From assembly GCA_040285825.1 (NCBI GenBank), contig JAUPSS010000004.1, positions 1,964,550 through 2,028,549 on the forward strand: a stretch of 64,000 bases of DNA, given 5' to 3'. The translations under genes and the position numbers were made by a program. The notes below the pieces were generated by a model, which was given only the letters and a program-made list of their open reading frames with translations, did no database searches and was not told the origin of the DNA. This DNA comes from Eukaryota sp. TZLM1-RC. Lineage: Eukaryota; Protista; Metamonada: BaSk clade. Positions 9,516 to 20,670 of this stretch are shown piece after piece (position 1 is the stretch's first letter; the number at the start of each line of letters is the position of its first letter).

Positions 9516-12500
9516 TTACATTTCTTCTTGGTTTAAAAAAGACAATTCAGCTTTAAAATCCCTATCAAAATTGCTTAGTAAAAACGATTTCAAAATTTTG
9601 ATAGTTTTTACTTGCTTTAAATCCCAATTCTCGAACACTTCATCAATCTTTGCAGGGAGATTTGAATCAAAAATCAATTTAAATTGTTTCATAAATTGTT
9701 CAAAATCTTTTGAACTCAACTTTCTTCCCAGAAGCTCTGCATTGTAATATAAATAATTGAAATCAAAATTATCAAAATTGAGGGAATTTTCACATGCACC
9801 AATAAAAAGAGGTGCCAAAGATGAAAAATCGTTTAAATTCCAATAATAATGATCAAAAGTTACAAAAACACTTGAATACCAGGAGCACATTGCAAAAACT
9901 AACTGTATAGTATTAATTGAAGGAGTTGGTGGTAAAAAAGGCTCAATAGAATGCAAGATACGAATTAAAAGATGATTAAAAGTTAGCAACTTTGCACAAC
10001 CAACAGCAAAAGAATTACTCAACAAAGAATTTGGAAGAAAATTAAAGTCTTGAGTTAGGTAAAACAAATTTGGTTTTCGGTCAATGTTGGCAACTCTAGA
10101 CTTTGTGATAATCATGGTCCAGGCGTCCTTGCTTCCAGAATCAATCAAATTTGTCGAGATTTTGACCTGATGTTGTGATTCATTAGCCTTATTGAACTCT
10201 TTCATAAGCGAAATGAAATTATTCAATTCTAGATCATTTTTGTAATAAAAAACTACAGGAACTTCAAGATAACAAACTGAGTGTAATGACTTGGGAAACG
10301 TCAAATTTTCAAAGAAACTTGAAATTTTGGAGAAAAGATCATCTTCAGAAATATACTGAGTTAATAAATCAGATGCGATGGTCAGGAAAAATTCTAAACT
10401 AGTACCAGTTTGATTGAAATATTCAAATTTTGTGGTTAAAAACTTGGAAATATCAGAATATTGGCCAAATTGAGTTTTAATTTGGTTCTTTTCCTCTAAT
10501 AATTTATCCAATTGAAGTTTCTGTTCTTCTTGTTTTACCTTGAGATTTGCAAGAGTTCTAATCATGACGTTATCGTTGTAGACCACCGATTTTGATGAAA
10601 AAATATCAAGAATTTCAGACTCAATTTCATAGTATTTACCTTGAGATTCCTTAATTTCATCTTGTAAAGTTTGTAATTGGGCGTAAAGCACCGGTTCTTT
10701 TGATTTACAGACTAATTCATCTAAATAATGATGTGGAAAATTGTCCGACTTTAACATTGGATATTTAGAGGTGAATTCGTCAATAACAAACACTGAATTA
10801 GGTTGAGCTTCAACACTGAAATCTTTTAAGATGGTTTTAAACTTTGAGAGTTCATCCACTAAAATAAACCCATCGCGAAACACTGAAAAAACAGTTTCTA
10901 AACTGTTCAAAACAATATTAGTACAGTTTAAAGGAAAATCAAAGGAAAAAAATTCACAAAATTGGACAAGTAAATTATTGTCAATATGCAGAGAAAAGAT
11001 CGAAAAAGCTGAAGTAGAACTGAAAATAACAAGCGATGACATTACAATAAAACAAGAAAGTAAATCCAAATTTTGAGAGAGTTCCATGAGCTCACTTGAT
11101 CTCTTTTCGAAAGTTTGGAATACTGGTTCAAAATTTGACAAAAGATCTTCAAATTTCTTTCCAGAACGTTTCCCGTCTTTGATTTTCTTCCAAAGTTGAT
11201 CCAATTCTGATTTAATTACATGCCTATCAGTCAAAAACTCATCTTTTTGACCTTCTAAACCTTCTAATTCCTGCTGATGCTGTGACAACTCTTTATTTAT
11301 GACTTCTAAATCATCTTTGAGTTTTCCCAATTCTGTCTTGAGTGGCAAGATGTCTTTATTACTTTCATGTACTTTGACAAGGGAAACCACCCAATCACCA
11401 ATCATTTTGATTACAACCGATGACGTCATTTGATTAGTATCGAATTCTGACCTAGAAACTAACTTTTGTAAAAATTCTAAATCAGATTCCGATAAAGAGT
11501 CCTTCTCAAAAGATTCAATTTTAGTAGCAAATCCTTTTTTGCATACAAATTTCCTAACCGTAATCCAGTCTTGACCGAGGTTGAATAGATGACTGATTGC
11601 CTCTGAAACTAACTGGCAATTGATTGAGGGACGGTCAATACACCTTAACTCATCAAAGTCATCCTCGGAAAGTGTCTGTATTGATTTGATTGATTTAGCG
11701 TATGATGATTGATTGGTGGTAGTTATTGAAAGAATTTGGGAATCCAACTCTTGTGCGGCAGAAGTTTTTGATTCTAAATTTGATTGAATCTCATTGACAG
11801 TTGACCTGATTGAATCAATTGATTGATCGATTTCGACAACCGATTGATTGACGGAGTCATAATCAGTTTCTTTTTTGGCCACATCTTCTTCATATTGAGC
11901 TAATTGCATTTGTAATTCATTCAAATTAGCTTGACAAGTATTATAATAATCCATAGAACTGGAAATTAAGTAAATTTTCGATGTCAATTTACTATCAAGA
12001 TTACCTTTCAAATCTTCAATAATAGAGGGAACAAACTTTAATTGATTTAGTAATTGGAAAATGGGAAGTTTTGTGTTCAAATAATTGCTAAAATGATTCA
12101 AGCAGTTTTGGTCCAGCTTAAATGAAGAAAGATACTGCGAAATTGATTCAGAAATAGAGTAATTCAGTCCACAAAACTTAGCAAATGTGTGAGAGCAATG
12201 AGGAGTGGCCATTGATGAGCTCACGGTCAAAACAATTCTGACCTTATGTCGTGATAATAGACTAGAAAGCTGCTCCAAATCCTTAATTTCAGAGAATGTA
12301 GTTGACAATAGTCCTATTAGTTCATCAGAGGTAAATAGTTCAGAAATACTTGAAGGAATGCAACCCAATTGATTAGTTACAAGTGCATATGAATGATTTA
12401 AATCTACCATTATCCATTTGTTTTCTAGACAAGAAGCAACAATCAATTGTTTGAATTGGGAGAACAGATCGTTTTCAGGGGCAACTTTCTCGTTTGCGCC

Positions 12501-13469
12501 AATGAACTGGTAGGCGATTTCAATCAAACTGTCATCACAGCCAATCAATGAAGTGATTTGATTGGTGGTGATGGCGTTAGCGATTGAGAGTATTGAACAA
12601 ATGACATATTGTTGAAGAGGTTTAGCAAACTCATTCAACAAAAGTCCTTCAAAATGATGTGATACAAGGTCAAAAATAGGCCCAGAGAGCTCAGAAATAG
12701 ATGGAAACTGCATGGGGTAATTAAAGACTACTTCACTAGTGACATCATCCTTAAATTCATGATTAATTACAACACTTAGCCTAGTTGAAAGCCAGTCCAA
12801 TTGATTTGATTTGATGGGTAAAGAGGAAAAATAAAGTTTAATTGAATAGCAAAATACTGATAAAAGATGTTCATTCGGAGGGTCAAAAAGGGTCAAGATT
12901 CGCTTGAAAAAGTGGGAAAATCCACTAATATCACTACCAAACTTCTCCTTAAAGGATTCTTGTATAGATTCACCTACTTTAATGTATCTCTCTACTTCAG
13001 TAAATTCTTCCTTTTTAGACGGTTCACCCTCTACATTAAGGTAACAAAAATCGTCAGTGAAATAGCACGGGGAGCTGAAAAGAAAATAACTGTTTCTAGG
13101 AAGGTAAATCCTCCTACCTGATCCGGCAACCTGGAAGATTTGATGACGGATAGTGGGTAGTAGACGGCGAAGAACCACATTGGTAACTTCACCAGTAAAT
13201 ACAAAGTAATGAGAAAGCTCATGGTCGAGATTGGAGAGAAGAGAAGAGAAAAGGTCGTTGGAGTTTGCAAATATACCAGAGGAAAGGCTAGGTGATCCAA
13301 ATAGTGTAGAGAAAGGTAGGGTGAGGTCTAAAAAGTGGACTTTAGATGAGTCGTCTGGAGTGGAAGCAAAAGCATTCATGATGGACGTGTGATCACCACT
13401 CCCGAGTAGTACCACTGCATTGTAATTGGAAAAAGCAGACGAAATACGTTGAATTATATGTTCAAACAT
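9516..13469 (-). CDS. Divergent, truncated dynein heavy chain-like protein (stalk/MTBD, strut, degenerate AAA modules)
   Basis: Coiled coil, then ELRCIDRPS..CQLVSEAI..LF...DW...RK...F..KI.SFEKDS (MTBD), SS....IGDWV..L......I.PLK and a second coiled coil. Strut KEP.L......EIESEIL..FS; AAA6-like QLVFAMCSWYS..Y.WN.ND. No intact Walker A. Confidence 0.8.
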   Translation of the reverse strand: MFEHIIQRISSAFSNYNAVVLLGSGDHTSIMNAFASTPDDSSKVHFLDLTLPFSTLFGSPSLSSGIFANSNDLFSSLLSNLDHELSHYFVFTGEVTNVVLRRLLPTIRHQIFQVAGSGRRIYLPRNSYFLFSSPCYFTDDFCYLNVEGEPSKKEEFTEVERYIKVGESIQESFKEKFGSDISGFSHFFKRILTLFDPPNEHLLSVFCYSIKLYFSSLPIKSNQLDWLSTRLSVVINHEFKDDVTSEVVFNYPMQFPSISELSGPIFDLVSHHFEGLLLNEFAKPLQQYVICSILSIANAITTNQITSLIGCDDSLIEIAYQFIGANEKVAPENDLFSQFKQLIVASCLENKWIMVDLNHSYALVTNQLGCIPSSISELFTSDELIGLLSTTFSEIKDLEQLSSLLSRHKVRIVLTVSSSMATPHCSHTFAKFCGLNYSISESISQYLSSFKLDQNCLNHFSNYLNTKLPIFQLLNQLKFVPSIIEDLKGNLDSKLTSKIYLISSSMDYYNTCQANLNELQMQLAQYEEDVAKKETDYDSVNQSVVEIDQSIDSIRSTVNEIQSNLESKTSAAQELDSQILSITTTNQSSYAKSIKSIQTLSEDDFDELRCIDRPSINCQLVSEAISHLFNLGQDWITVRKFVCKKGFATKIESFEKDSLSESDLEFLQKLVSRSEFDTNQMTSSVVIKMIGDWVVSLVKVHESNKDILPLKTELGKLKDDLEVINKELSQHQQELEGLEGQKDEFLTDRHVIKSELDQLWKKIKDGKRSGKKFEDLLSNFEPVFQTFEKRSSELMELSQNLDLLSCFIVMSSLVIFSSTSAFSIFSLHIDNNLLVQFCEFFSFDFPLNCTNIVLNSLETVFSVFRDGFILVDELSKFKTILKDFSVEAQPNSVFVIDEFTSKYPMLKSDNFPHHYLDELVCKSKEPVLYAQLQTLQDEIKESQGKYYEIESEILDIFSSKSVVYNDNVMIRTLANLKVKQEEQKLQLDKLLEEKNQIKTQFGQYSDISKFLTTKFEYFNQTGTSLEFFLTIASDLLTQYISEDDLFSKISSFFENLTFPKSLHSVCYLEVPVVFYYKNDLELNNFISLMKEFNKANESQHQVKISTNLIDSGSKDAWTMIITKSRVANIDRKPNLFYLTQDFNFLPNSLLSNSFAVGCAKLLTFNHLLIRILHSIEPFLPPTPSINTIQLVFAMCSWYSSVFVTFDHYYWNLNDFSSLAPLFIGACENSLNFDNFDFNYLYYNAELLGRKLSSKDFEQFMKQFKLIFDSNLPAKIDEVFENWDLKQVKTIKILKSFLLSNFDRDFKAELSFLNQEEM

Positions 13470-14030
13470 GTGCTGCAGTTGAAGGGGGTATTCCTAGTAC
13501 TGATTCAAGGAAGCAACTCTTATAGTGCTTTTAAAAAGTTAAAAAGTTGATTTTAAATCGTTGATTCTCAAATTGAAAATCTATTGTCTTTCTCATTTGA
13601 ATTGTACTCTTCTCTTTTTGTCAACCATTTCATCTTTTCAAAACAAGTTACACGTCACTAATGTAAATGTCATACACGATTACTAATAGATTAATGTATT
13701 CAAAATTCCCAATTTTTGTTGAACAATTATTATTTTTCAGCACGATTGAGAAAAAAACGAATATCCAACAACTGATTGTGTAATTACTGAGTCAAAATGA
13801 ATGAATGTCATTTGATCAAAACTGAGGTACTGCTAAAGCACACAAATCAAGACTATGATTAGTACTGTCCTGTAGAACATATCATTTAGTATTTCTTGTG
13901 TGTGCAGCAAGTTTAGAGCAACAGTTGAGGAGTCTGGAATAGCATAAATTGCTGACTCATTAATACGTGTCACCATCTTTACTGTACACAATGTATGTAG
14001 TCTTTATTTAGCAAAACTCTGCTGTAATCA

Positions 14031-14950
14031 ATGTCTACACCACGAGGACGTGAACCTATCGAGGGTGAAGTCTCCCTTGACGCCTCTAATCTTGTAATCA
14101 AAAAACCTATATCTCCACCTGTAGATGAATCCTCACCATCGCCTCAAACAGGTGCCAAAGTTACCGTTCATTATACGGGTACACTTGAAGACTCTTCCAA
14201 ATTTGACTCTTCCCGGGATCGTGGCGAACCATTCTCCTTCACTATTGACCAAGGCCAGGTGATCAAGGGCTGGGTATGATTTTATACACTTTTCTGTGCT
14301 CACCGAAGGATATTGCGGTTAAATCTATGAAAGAAGGAGAACGTGCTTCCTTTTGGCTCCACTCTTCTGTTGCTTACGGTGAACGAGGAAGTCCCCCCAA
14401 GATTCCTGCCAATGCTCCTCTGGTATTTGATATTGAGCTTATCAGCTTTGAACCTGATTACTCTTCTTTGTCCAGTAACGAGCTCATTGAAATTGCTGTT
14501 CAGGAAAAACAAGCAGGAGCAGATAAGTTTTCTTCAAAGGACCTCCAAGGTGCTGCTAAACACTGGCAAAGATCATTAGACGCTCTTGACAACATTTGGC
14601 CAGAAGAAGAAGAAAAGGAATTAAAAGAACAAGTCGATACCATGATGAAATCTGTTCAATTGAACTTGGGCCTTGTTCATCTTAAAACTAACAATGCAAG
14701 AAATGCCATTAATGTTTTACTTAAAGTGCTTGAGGTGGAACCAAACAATAAGAAGGCTTTGTATCGTCTTTCAATGGCCTATTTCGAATGTTCTGACTTT
14801 GAAGAAGCCAAGAAATTTGCCGAAAAGCTGATTGAAGTTGATTCTGATTCAAAGGAAGGAAGGAACATGTTAAGCAAGATTTCTCAAGCTGTTAAAAGGG
14901 AAGAACTTCGTCAGAAGAATATGTTTAAGAAAATGATGTCTGCATTGTAA
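14031..14950 (+). CDS. FKBP-type PPIase with TPR repeats (FKBP4/5-like Hsp90 co-chaperone), 2 exons (14031-14273, 14309-14950; 294 aa)
   Basis: VHYTGTL..FDSSRDR..PF.F...GQVIKGW|DIAV..M..GE...AYG..GSPP.IP.NA.L.F.IEL, then TPRs (KALYR). 35-nt intron 14274-14308. Confidence 0.92.
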
Positions 14951-15016
14951 TTGGGAAATAAATAAATAAAAGAAGCATTCAATATTTAGATTTATATAAT
15001 AAATACAATAAATAGT

Positions 15017-17476
15017 CTAATTCAAAGCTTTCAAGTCACTCTTCTTATAATTTACAACAGATCCAAAAACAATACTGATTTCATGACCTAAATACCTGCT
15101 AAAAATACAATTTAAAAGGCCAAATTCATTAAGTAGTCCACTAGTTTGTCTTTGTAAAACAGGTGAATTGGTTGATTCTTTTGGAACTGCAAATGCCAAA
15201 ACTTCTTCTTCTTTATCTTTACCAAAGACGATAGCAATTACGGGTAAAGATTGTTTAACAAAAGTGCCAATTAAAACCTGTTGGATATCGGTGAAAGAAA
15301 AGAATTTGTACTTGGACTTATCAGCGAATGTTTCAACTCTTGTAGCATTTGAATCAAGCGTAAAGATATAAAAGCCAGCAGGTGATTGATTAGAATCAGT
15401 CATCAATACCAATTTTGGCTTTTTTTGGAACAAAGCATCAAATAAGTAATGTCTGGTTGGGTTCGCACATGGAGGCAGAATTGATTTTGCAATATTTACA
15501 ACATCTAATTCTTCATTATTGAACAATTCAAATTTAAAAAGCATTTTAATGTGTTCCAAGCCAATATACCTGGAATTACGAATTTCCTTCAATGAATTCA
15601 CCTTTGAAGAAACATCAATGGCGGGTAAAGTGGGTAAAAGAGCGGCATGAAGCAAGACATTCTTGATATCAAGTTCTTTAGGGTGATCAAAAGGAATTAA
15701 AGAATAATAATAGTACAATGATGACGTCACATGGTCAAAATAAAGATTGGGGGTTCTTGACTGTCCAAGAACAATCTTTTTGATTGACAATGATTGCTGT
15801 TCATCCATAAAGGACCTCAGACCATCAATAATCACCAATGCTAAATTGCCAAAATCTTCTTCATCCAATTCAACATTCTTTGTAGCATCTACGGAAAACC
15901 CTGGTGCAAAGAGGGAAAGCAAATCATAAAGTTCCAGTGGGTAATGAGTGTAAAGACCAAATAAACCCGATAAAACATCCAATTCTTTGTTGAAATCTTC
16001 AATCCCATTCGCCGACACTTGACAACCCAAACCAACAATTCGACGGATCTCGCTCCTAAACTTGGTCAAAAACTTACATGCAAACTTTCCCATAGGATAA
16101 AGTGACACAGATGATTCACAACTGAGCCTGTTAGCCAATTTCTCTACAAACCCTCTAGTTAAGCAGCCGCCAGGATAAAGGGATTCCACCTCAGCAGAAG
16201 GGAGAGTGACTGAAATAACCAAGGATTTGATTGGTTTAAGTTGCTTGTGTTTCAGAGCGTTGAATCTGGTTTTTTCAAGGTAAATATTAACTGGAGATTT
16301 CTTCGTGTCTTCAATGAAATCAATTCTAATGACTGATAAATTTCGAAGAATTTCAGTCAAGATGGGAGCGGGTAAGAGACTTAATGTCAATGGTAGACCA
16401 GAAAGAGCAGCAGAAGCCATGAATGATTGAATTGGCTTGACTGGTTGACTTTTATTGACCAAAAGGGCAACTGCAACGTCATCAATTCCATTTTTGAGCT
16501 CATCAACTGACGAAACTGCCGATTTACTCACAGTTTCCCAATCACTCTCACACACTACTTCCTCAATACCAAAATGCTTTGATAACAAAAACCTTAATGT
16601 AAAGGTAGCAGGAGAGAACAACAAAGAAGAAGAGTCCAAGGTAATATCTTCGGAAAGCGATGGTTGTACATGGAGGGTTCTTAAAGTTGAACAGCGTGAT
16701 AAAAGCATGTTCTTTGGCGGAGAGGTATCTTCTGATATAAAGATCTTCCATGTGTCAGTCACGTCATTGCTGACGTCATCAATCGTGTCACCATCAGGCA
16801 AAGGCGAGATTATGATGGAAGACAAGGCAGTTTCGGCTGATTCGCAATAAAGAATAGCATCAGTTAATTGAACTTTACTACTACGAAGAGCGGCAAAAAG
16901 ACTAGACTCGAGAGCATCACAAGCATCACCAATAGCAGCAGCAACTCTGGCAGAGGCAGCAGGACACTCCAGATCAGTACAGTGAGATAGATTAGTGTAG
17001 AGAGCAAGACCTTTGAACTTGTCATTGAAGGAAGACTTGAAGTAATCCGTGGAGGCAGCAGGGAGGGACGAGCGGAGGGAGGTCATGATTGAGACTGGGT
17101 GGGGGATGAGGTCAGCGTCGAGTTTGATCATGTCGGTGAGTTCTACTCCATTGGCAGAGGAATGTATTTGAAGGGAAGGCTCTTCAGTAGTGAAGGAAAC
17201 GGAAATGCGAATGATCGACTTGAGGAGGCGCTTCCACACAGGATTTTTGGAAAGAAGTTTAGTAATGGAGGCATGGTATCGTCCAAGAACCAGGGGGGAT
17301 GAAATGCGGTGGATGACCTTGAAGATTGAGGACGCATGAGATTGTTCATCATCAACTTGGGACTTGACTGTCGTTCCCAAAGACTGGGCATCAATAGATA
17401 GGCCAAATTCAGGATGAAATCCAAGAAGAACAAGATTTTTGTTCAGAGCTGTCAGATAGTTGGAGTCAACAGACAT
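15017..17476 (-). CDS. Hypothetical protein, 819 aa
   Basis: Long intact ORF with host-like codon usage; no family recognised. Confidence 0.75.
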   Translation of the reverse strand: MSVDSNYLTALNKNLVLLGFHPEFGLSIDAQSLGTTVKSQVDDEQSHASSIFKVIHRISSPLVLGRYHASITKLLSKNPVWKRLLKSIIRISVSFTTEEPSLQIHSSANGVELTDMIKLDADLIPHPVSIMTSLRSSLPAASTDYFKSSFNDKFKGLALYTNLSHCTDLECPAASARVAAAIGDACDALESSLFAALRSSKVQLTDAILYCESAETALSSIIISPLPDGDTIDDVSNDVTDTWKIFISEDTSPPKNMLLSRCSTLRTLHVQPSLSEDITLDSSSLLFSPATFTLRFLLSKHFGIEEVVCESDWETVSKSAVSSVDELKNGIDDVAVALLVNKSQPVKPIQSFMASAALSGLPLTLSLLPAPILTEILRNLSVIRIDFIEDTKKSPVNIYLEKTRFNALKHKQLKPIKSLVISVTLPSAEVESLYPGGCLTRGFVEKLANRLSCESSVSLYPMGKFACKFLTKFRSEIRRIVGLGCQVSANGIEDFNKELDVLSGLFGLYTHYPLELYDLLSLFAPGFSVDATKNVELDEEDFGNLALVIIDGLRSFMDEQQSLSIKKIVLGQSRTPNLYFDHVTSSLYYYYSLIPFDHPKELDIKNVLLHAALLPTLPAIDVSSKVNSLKEIRNSRYIGLEHIKMLFKFELFNNEELDVVNIAKSILPPCANPTRHYLFDALFQKKPKLVLMTDSNQSPAGFYIFTLDSNATRVETFADKSKYKFFSFTDIQQVLIGTFVKQSLPVIAIVFGKDKEEEVLAFAVPKESTNSPVLQRQTSGLLNEFGLLNCIFSRYLGHEISIVFGSVVNYKKSDLKALN

Positions 17477-17590
17477 CGGCTAGTAGCACAAAAATGTCAA
17501 ATAGTAGTAACCCGTTGAGATTACAGGAATGTGAAGATGAAATGAATCAAGTTGATCTTTTCAAAACTCGAGGTCTGCCATTTCCTTTTT
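17477..17590 (-). mobile_element. Fanzor1 family A right end (last codons + omegaRNA-like 3' region) abutting a host ATG
   Basis: Encodes KGNGRPRVLKRST* (stop 17547-17549), then 70 nt ending ...TAGCCG|ATG. Near-identical to 32940-33022 (6 substitutions and one 3-nt indel). Confidence 0.85.
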
Positions 17591-17639
17591 TTAAAAAAAG
17601 GAATATTTATTGAGAAAAAAAATCTAGAATTCAATATCC

Positions 17640-20600
17640 TTCACCCAAGCATCACTATTACTAAACCTACTCACAGCATTACGTTCATATTTTACACCAA
17701 TAGCTAAAAGTGCCTTTGAAATCATTGTTTTTTTAATCATTTTAATTTTATTCAAAACCTATAAATCAACATCTAAAAAATCCATCTCTCCCAAAACAAA
17801 AACACTAGATGCAACTCTTTCATAGTGAGAACCAAGAGACAGCAAAGCATAAGAAACCATCTTCAACATCCCCTTAAAAATAGAAAACACAATTCTATTT
17901 TGCCAAAACAATCTGTTGAAATTTCTCCCAGTTCTTCTCTTTACAATCAATTCAAAATCATCCAAAAAACGTAAAGCAGTTGGTGCAAGTGAACCAAAAA
18001 GGGAAAATACAAATGGATACAAATTGTATTTTGCATGCTGTAGACTGGCCAATTTGGACAAAGGTTCATTGTATTTTTTGAGTTTAAAATTTTCAGCATT
18101 TGAAAGAGGATTATGAATTTCAGAATTAACAAGCCTTTCATTTGAGGCATTACAAGGATCAACAGACATTACATCCAATAAAATGAAACTTCCATCTAAT
18201 CCAGGTAATATAACATCACCTCTATTATTCTTATGAAAATCATCTTCAGCATCAAACAGATTTGACAACAGAGGTTCCAAGAAGGATTCAAGTCTGTGAG
18301 ATTTACACATACAATATAACTGGTCTCTTACAGCATCATGAACCTTGCTTCTAAAAGTAATAAAATGTTTACAATTTAACAAATGAGTAGTTGTAATTTC
18401 TCGAGAACATTTACAAATTAAATTATGAGGTAAATTATCAGGCCAGATAAAGGAACGAAATCTCATATTCAGAGTCCAAGCAGAATCGGTTAAGAGAGTA
18501 CCATAAACTTGTGGAATTGTTGTTACTAAAGCAGAAGAAGTACTGTCACACATATCTTGTAAAAGATTTGCAAAAGCGGGATTCTTTTTCTTGGCCAAGC
18601 CAAGTCTAACATCAAAATCCAAGCTTTCAAAAATCTTTGACAATTTTTGTTGAAGCTTTTTACAGCAAAACTGTAAATTAAAAAGAGATCGGTTTGGAAT
18701 TTCTTGAATTGATTGAGGAAAACATTTGATCCAAATTTGTGGCGGCAATTTTTCAAGTTCACAAGATAACTCATACAAATAAGGACTGCAATTGGGAACT
18801 AACAGATGAGAATCATCAGGAAATCTGCGAGAAAATTCATAAATAAAATTTTTACCACCACCCAAGAATGCTGATTGACACAAAATTGAAGATTTGGTAA
18901 ATCCAATACCACCCAAATTTGCTGAAAAAAAATGGCTTTTCAACATTCCTGGTTCTACATCCAATAAATCAGCAAAAAATTCTGTTCTCAATGAATTAAA
19001 AGAACGACAAAAATCTAATGCTATGGAAGGAGCACAAGATCTCAAAATGTGGGTTATTCTCCCAGTGTAGCAAATTTTAAGCATGAAAGATTTAATATGT
19101 TTTTCTATATCTAGAGAAGAAATTGAATCAAGTTCAATTTTCATTTTTTCCAAAATAACTTGTAATTCATTCTGAATTTGAGGCATGTTTCCTAACCAAC
19201 AACCAAGGAACTTAAAAGCATCACTACTATAATTAGTAAAAGGAACAATAGAATCGTTTATCACGAGATCTTGAGCAGAAGAGCCAATCAGAAGGCATTT
19301 GCTCGCATTAAGATGAAGCCCAATATTTTCATATGAATCGGCAATTTCTTGAGCAACCAATTCTAGTAAATCAAATGAACCAATCAAGGATATATCATCC
19401 ATATAAGCAACTATTTTTATAGATGGGTATTTTTGCTTAATGATATTTAAAGTTTTGTGAATAGCTAAACAAAACAATAATGGGCCTAAAGGATCTCCCT
19501 GCTTCACTCCAGAAGATGATTTAAGACCAAATGAATTAAAAATTAAATCTGATTCTTTCCCATAAAAATGGTAGAAAAAACTCGATAGCTCAGGAAAATC
19601 AGATTTAATAACTTCAAAAATTGCTTCTCGCTTTACAGAATTAAAAGCATTTTGAAGTCGAGATTAAAAATAAAATTATTTTCCTCTGCATTATAACAGG
19701 TATCAGAGGCAATAGCAGCAACAGAAGCACCATCAATTATTTTGATTCCACATTGATGAGGATTCAAAAATGTAGAAGCTTTGTCTTTGACACGATCGAA
19801 GACTATTGATGCCAGCAAACGAGAAAGAGATTCACCAACAGCAATTGGGCGTATTCCATCAGGTTTGATTCCGTTTCCAGGCTTTACTAAAGCAATCAGA
19901 CGTGCAGCGAGTAATTCAAATGGAGGATTAACTTTCAAAACAATTAATTGTTGAAAATAATGGGCCAGATCATCAGCAATTTCGGGAGCACTGGAACACG
20001 CTATTTTTAAGAGATCAAAAGAAATTCCAGATGGGCCTGCTGCTTTCCCCTTTGGTAATTTTTGAATAGCTTTAAGAACTTCAATTGAAGTAATAGGATT
20101 TTCAATCCAAAAAGGACACACATCAGGCTTGCTGCACTTAAAATTTTCTTGAGGATGTAACTTTTGAAGTTTTTCAAGAGTATCAGAGTTTGCATCAGCC
20201 AAAGAAGAGGAAAACAAGGACTGCTTTGCGGCACCATAACGACCACGTAAGAACAATTTTCGGCAAATTTTTGATTTTACAATTTTTCTATTTCCAAATT
20301 TTTTTTAAAACAATTTTTGTTTTTTCGAGCAAAATATTTCCAGAAGGATGAAATATTCCACTTATTATTTTTCAATTCAGAAGTAAAATTTCTCATTTCC
20401 ATTGAGAAGGGAATTGTACTGGCGGGGCTAATTTCTACTGGGATCTGGATCGGGGGTCTTACGGTATCAGCAGCTTTACAATTGGTACAAAACAGAAGTT
20501 TTCGACCATTTCTTGAATCTGTAACATTTTTTTGCAAAATGGACAACAAAAATTATTGTTTTCAGAAGGGGAAGAAGAGTGAGCACTGGAAGCATTCAAA

Positions 20601-20670
20601 TGTTGATCGTCAGAAACATTATTTTCAGCACTTTTCACATCGGCATCAGCTGGAACAGAACATTCGAGAA
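17640..20670 (-). mobile_element. Near full-length CRE-type non-LTR retrotransposon, frameshifted
   Basis: KAAGPSG, RLIALVKP..IRPIAVGE, DF.NAFNS, GVKQGDPLGPLLF, YMDD, FLG; C-terminal CKC..HLLNC, HDAVRD, RGD..D and E..K..KY. Split over ORFs 20277-20549, 19633-20256 and 17759-19507. Confidence 0.92.
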
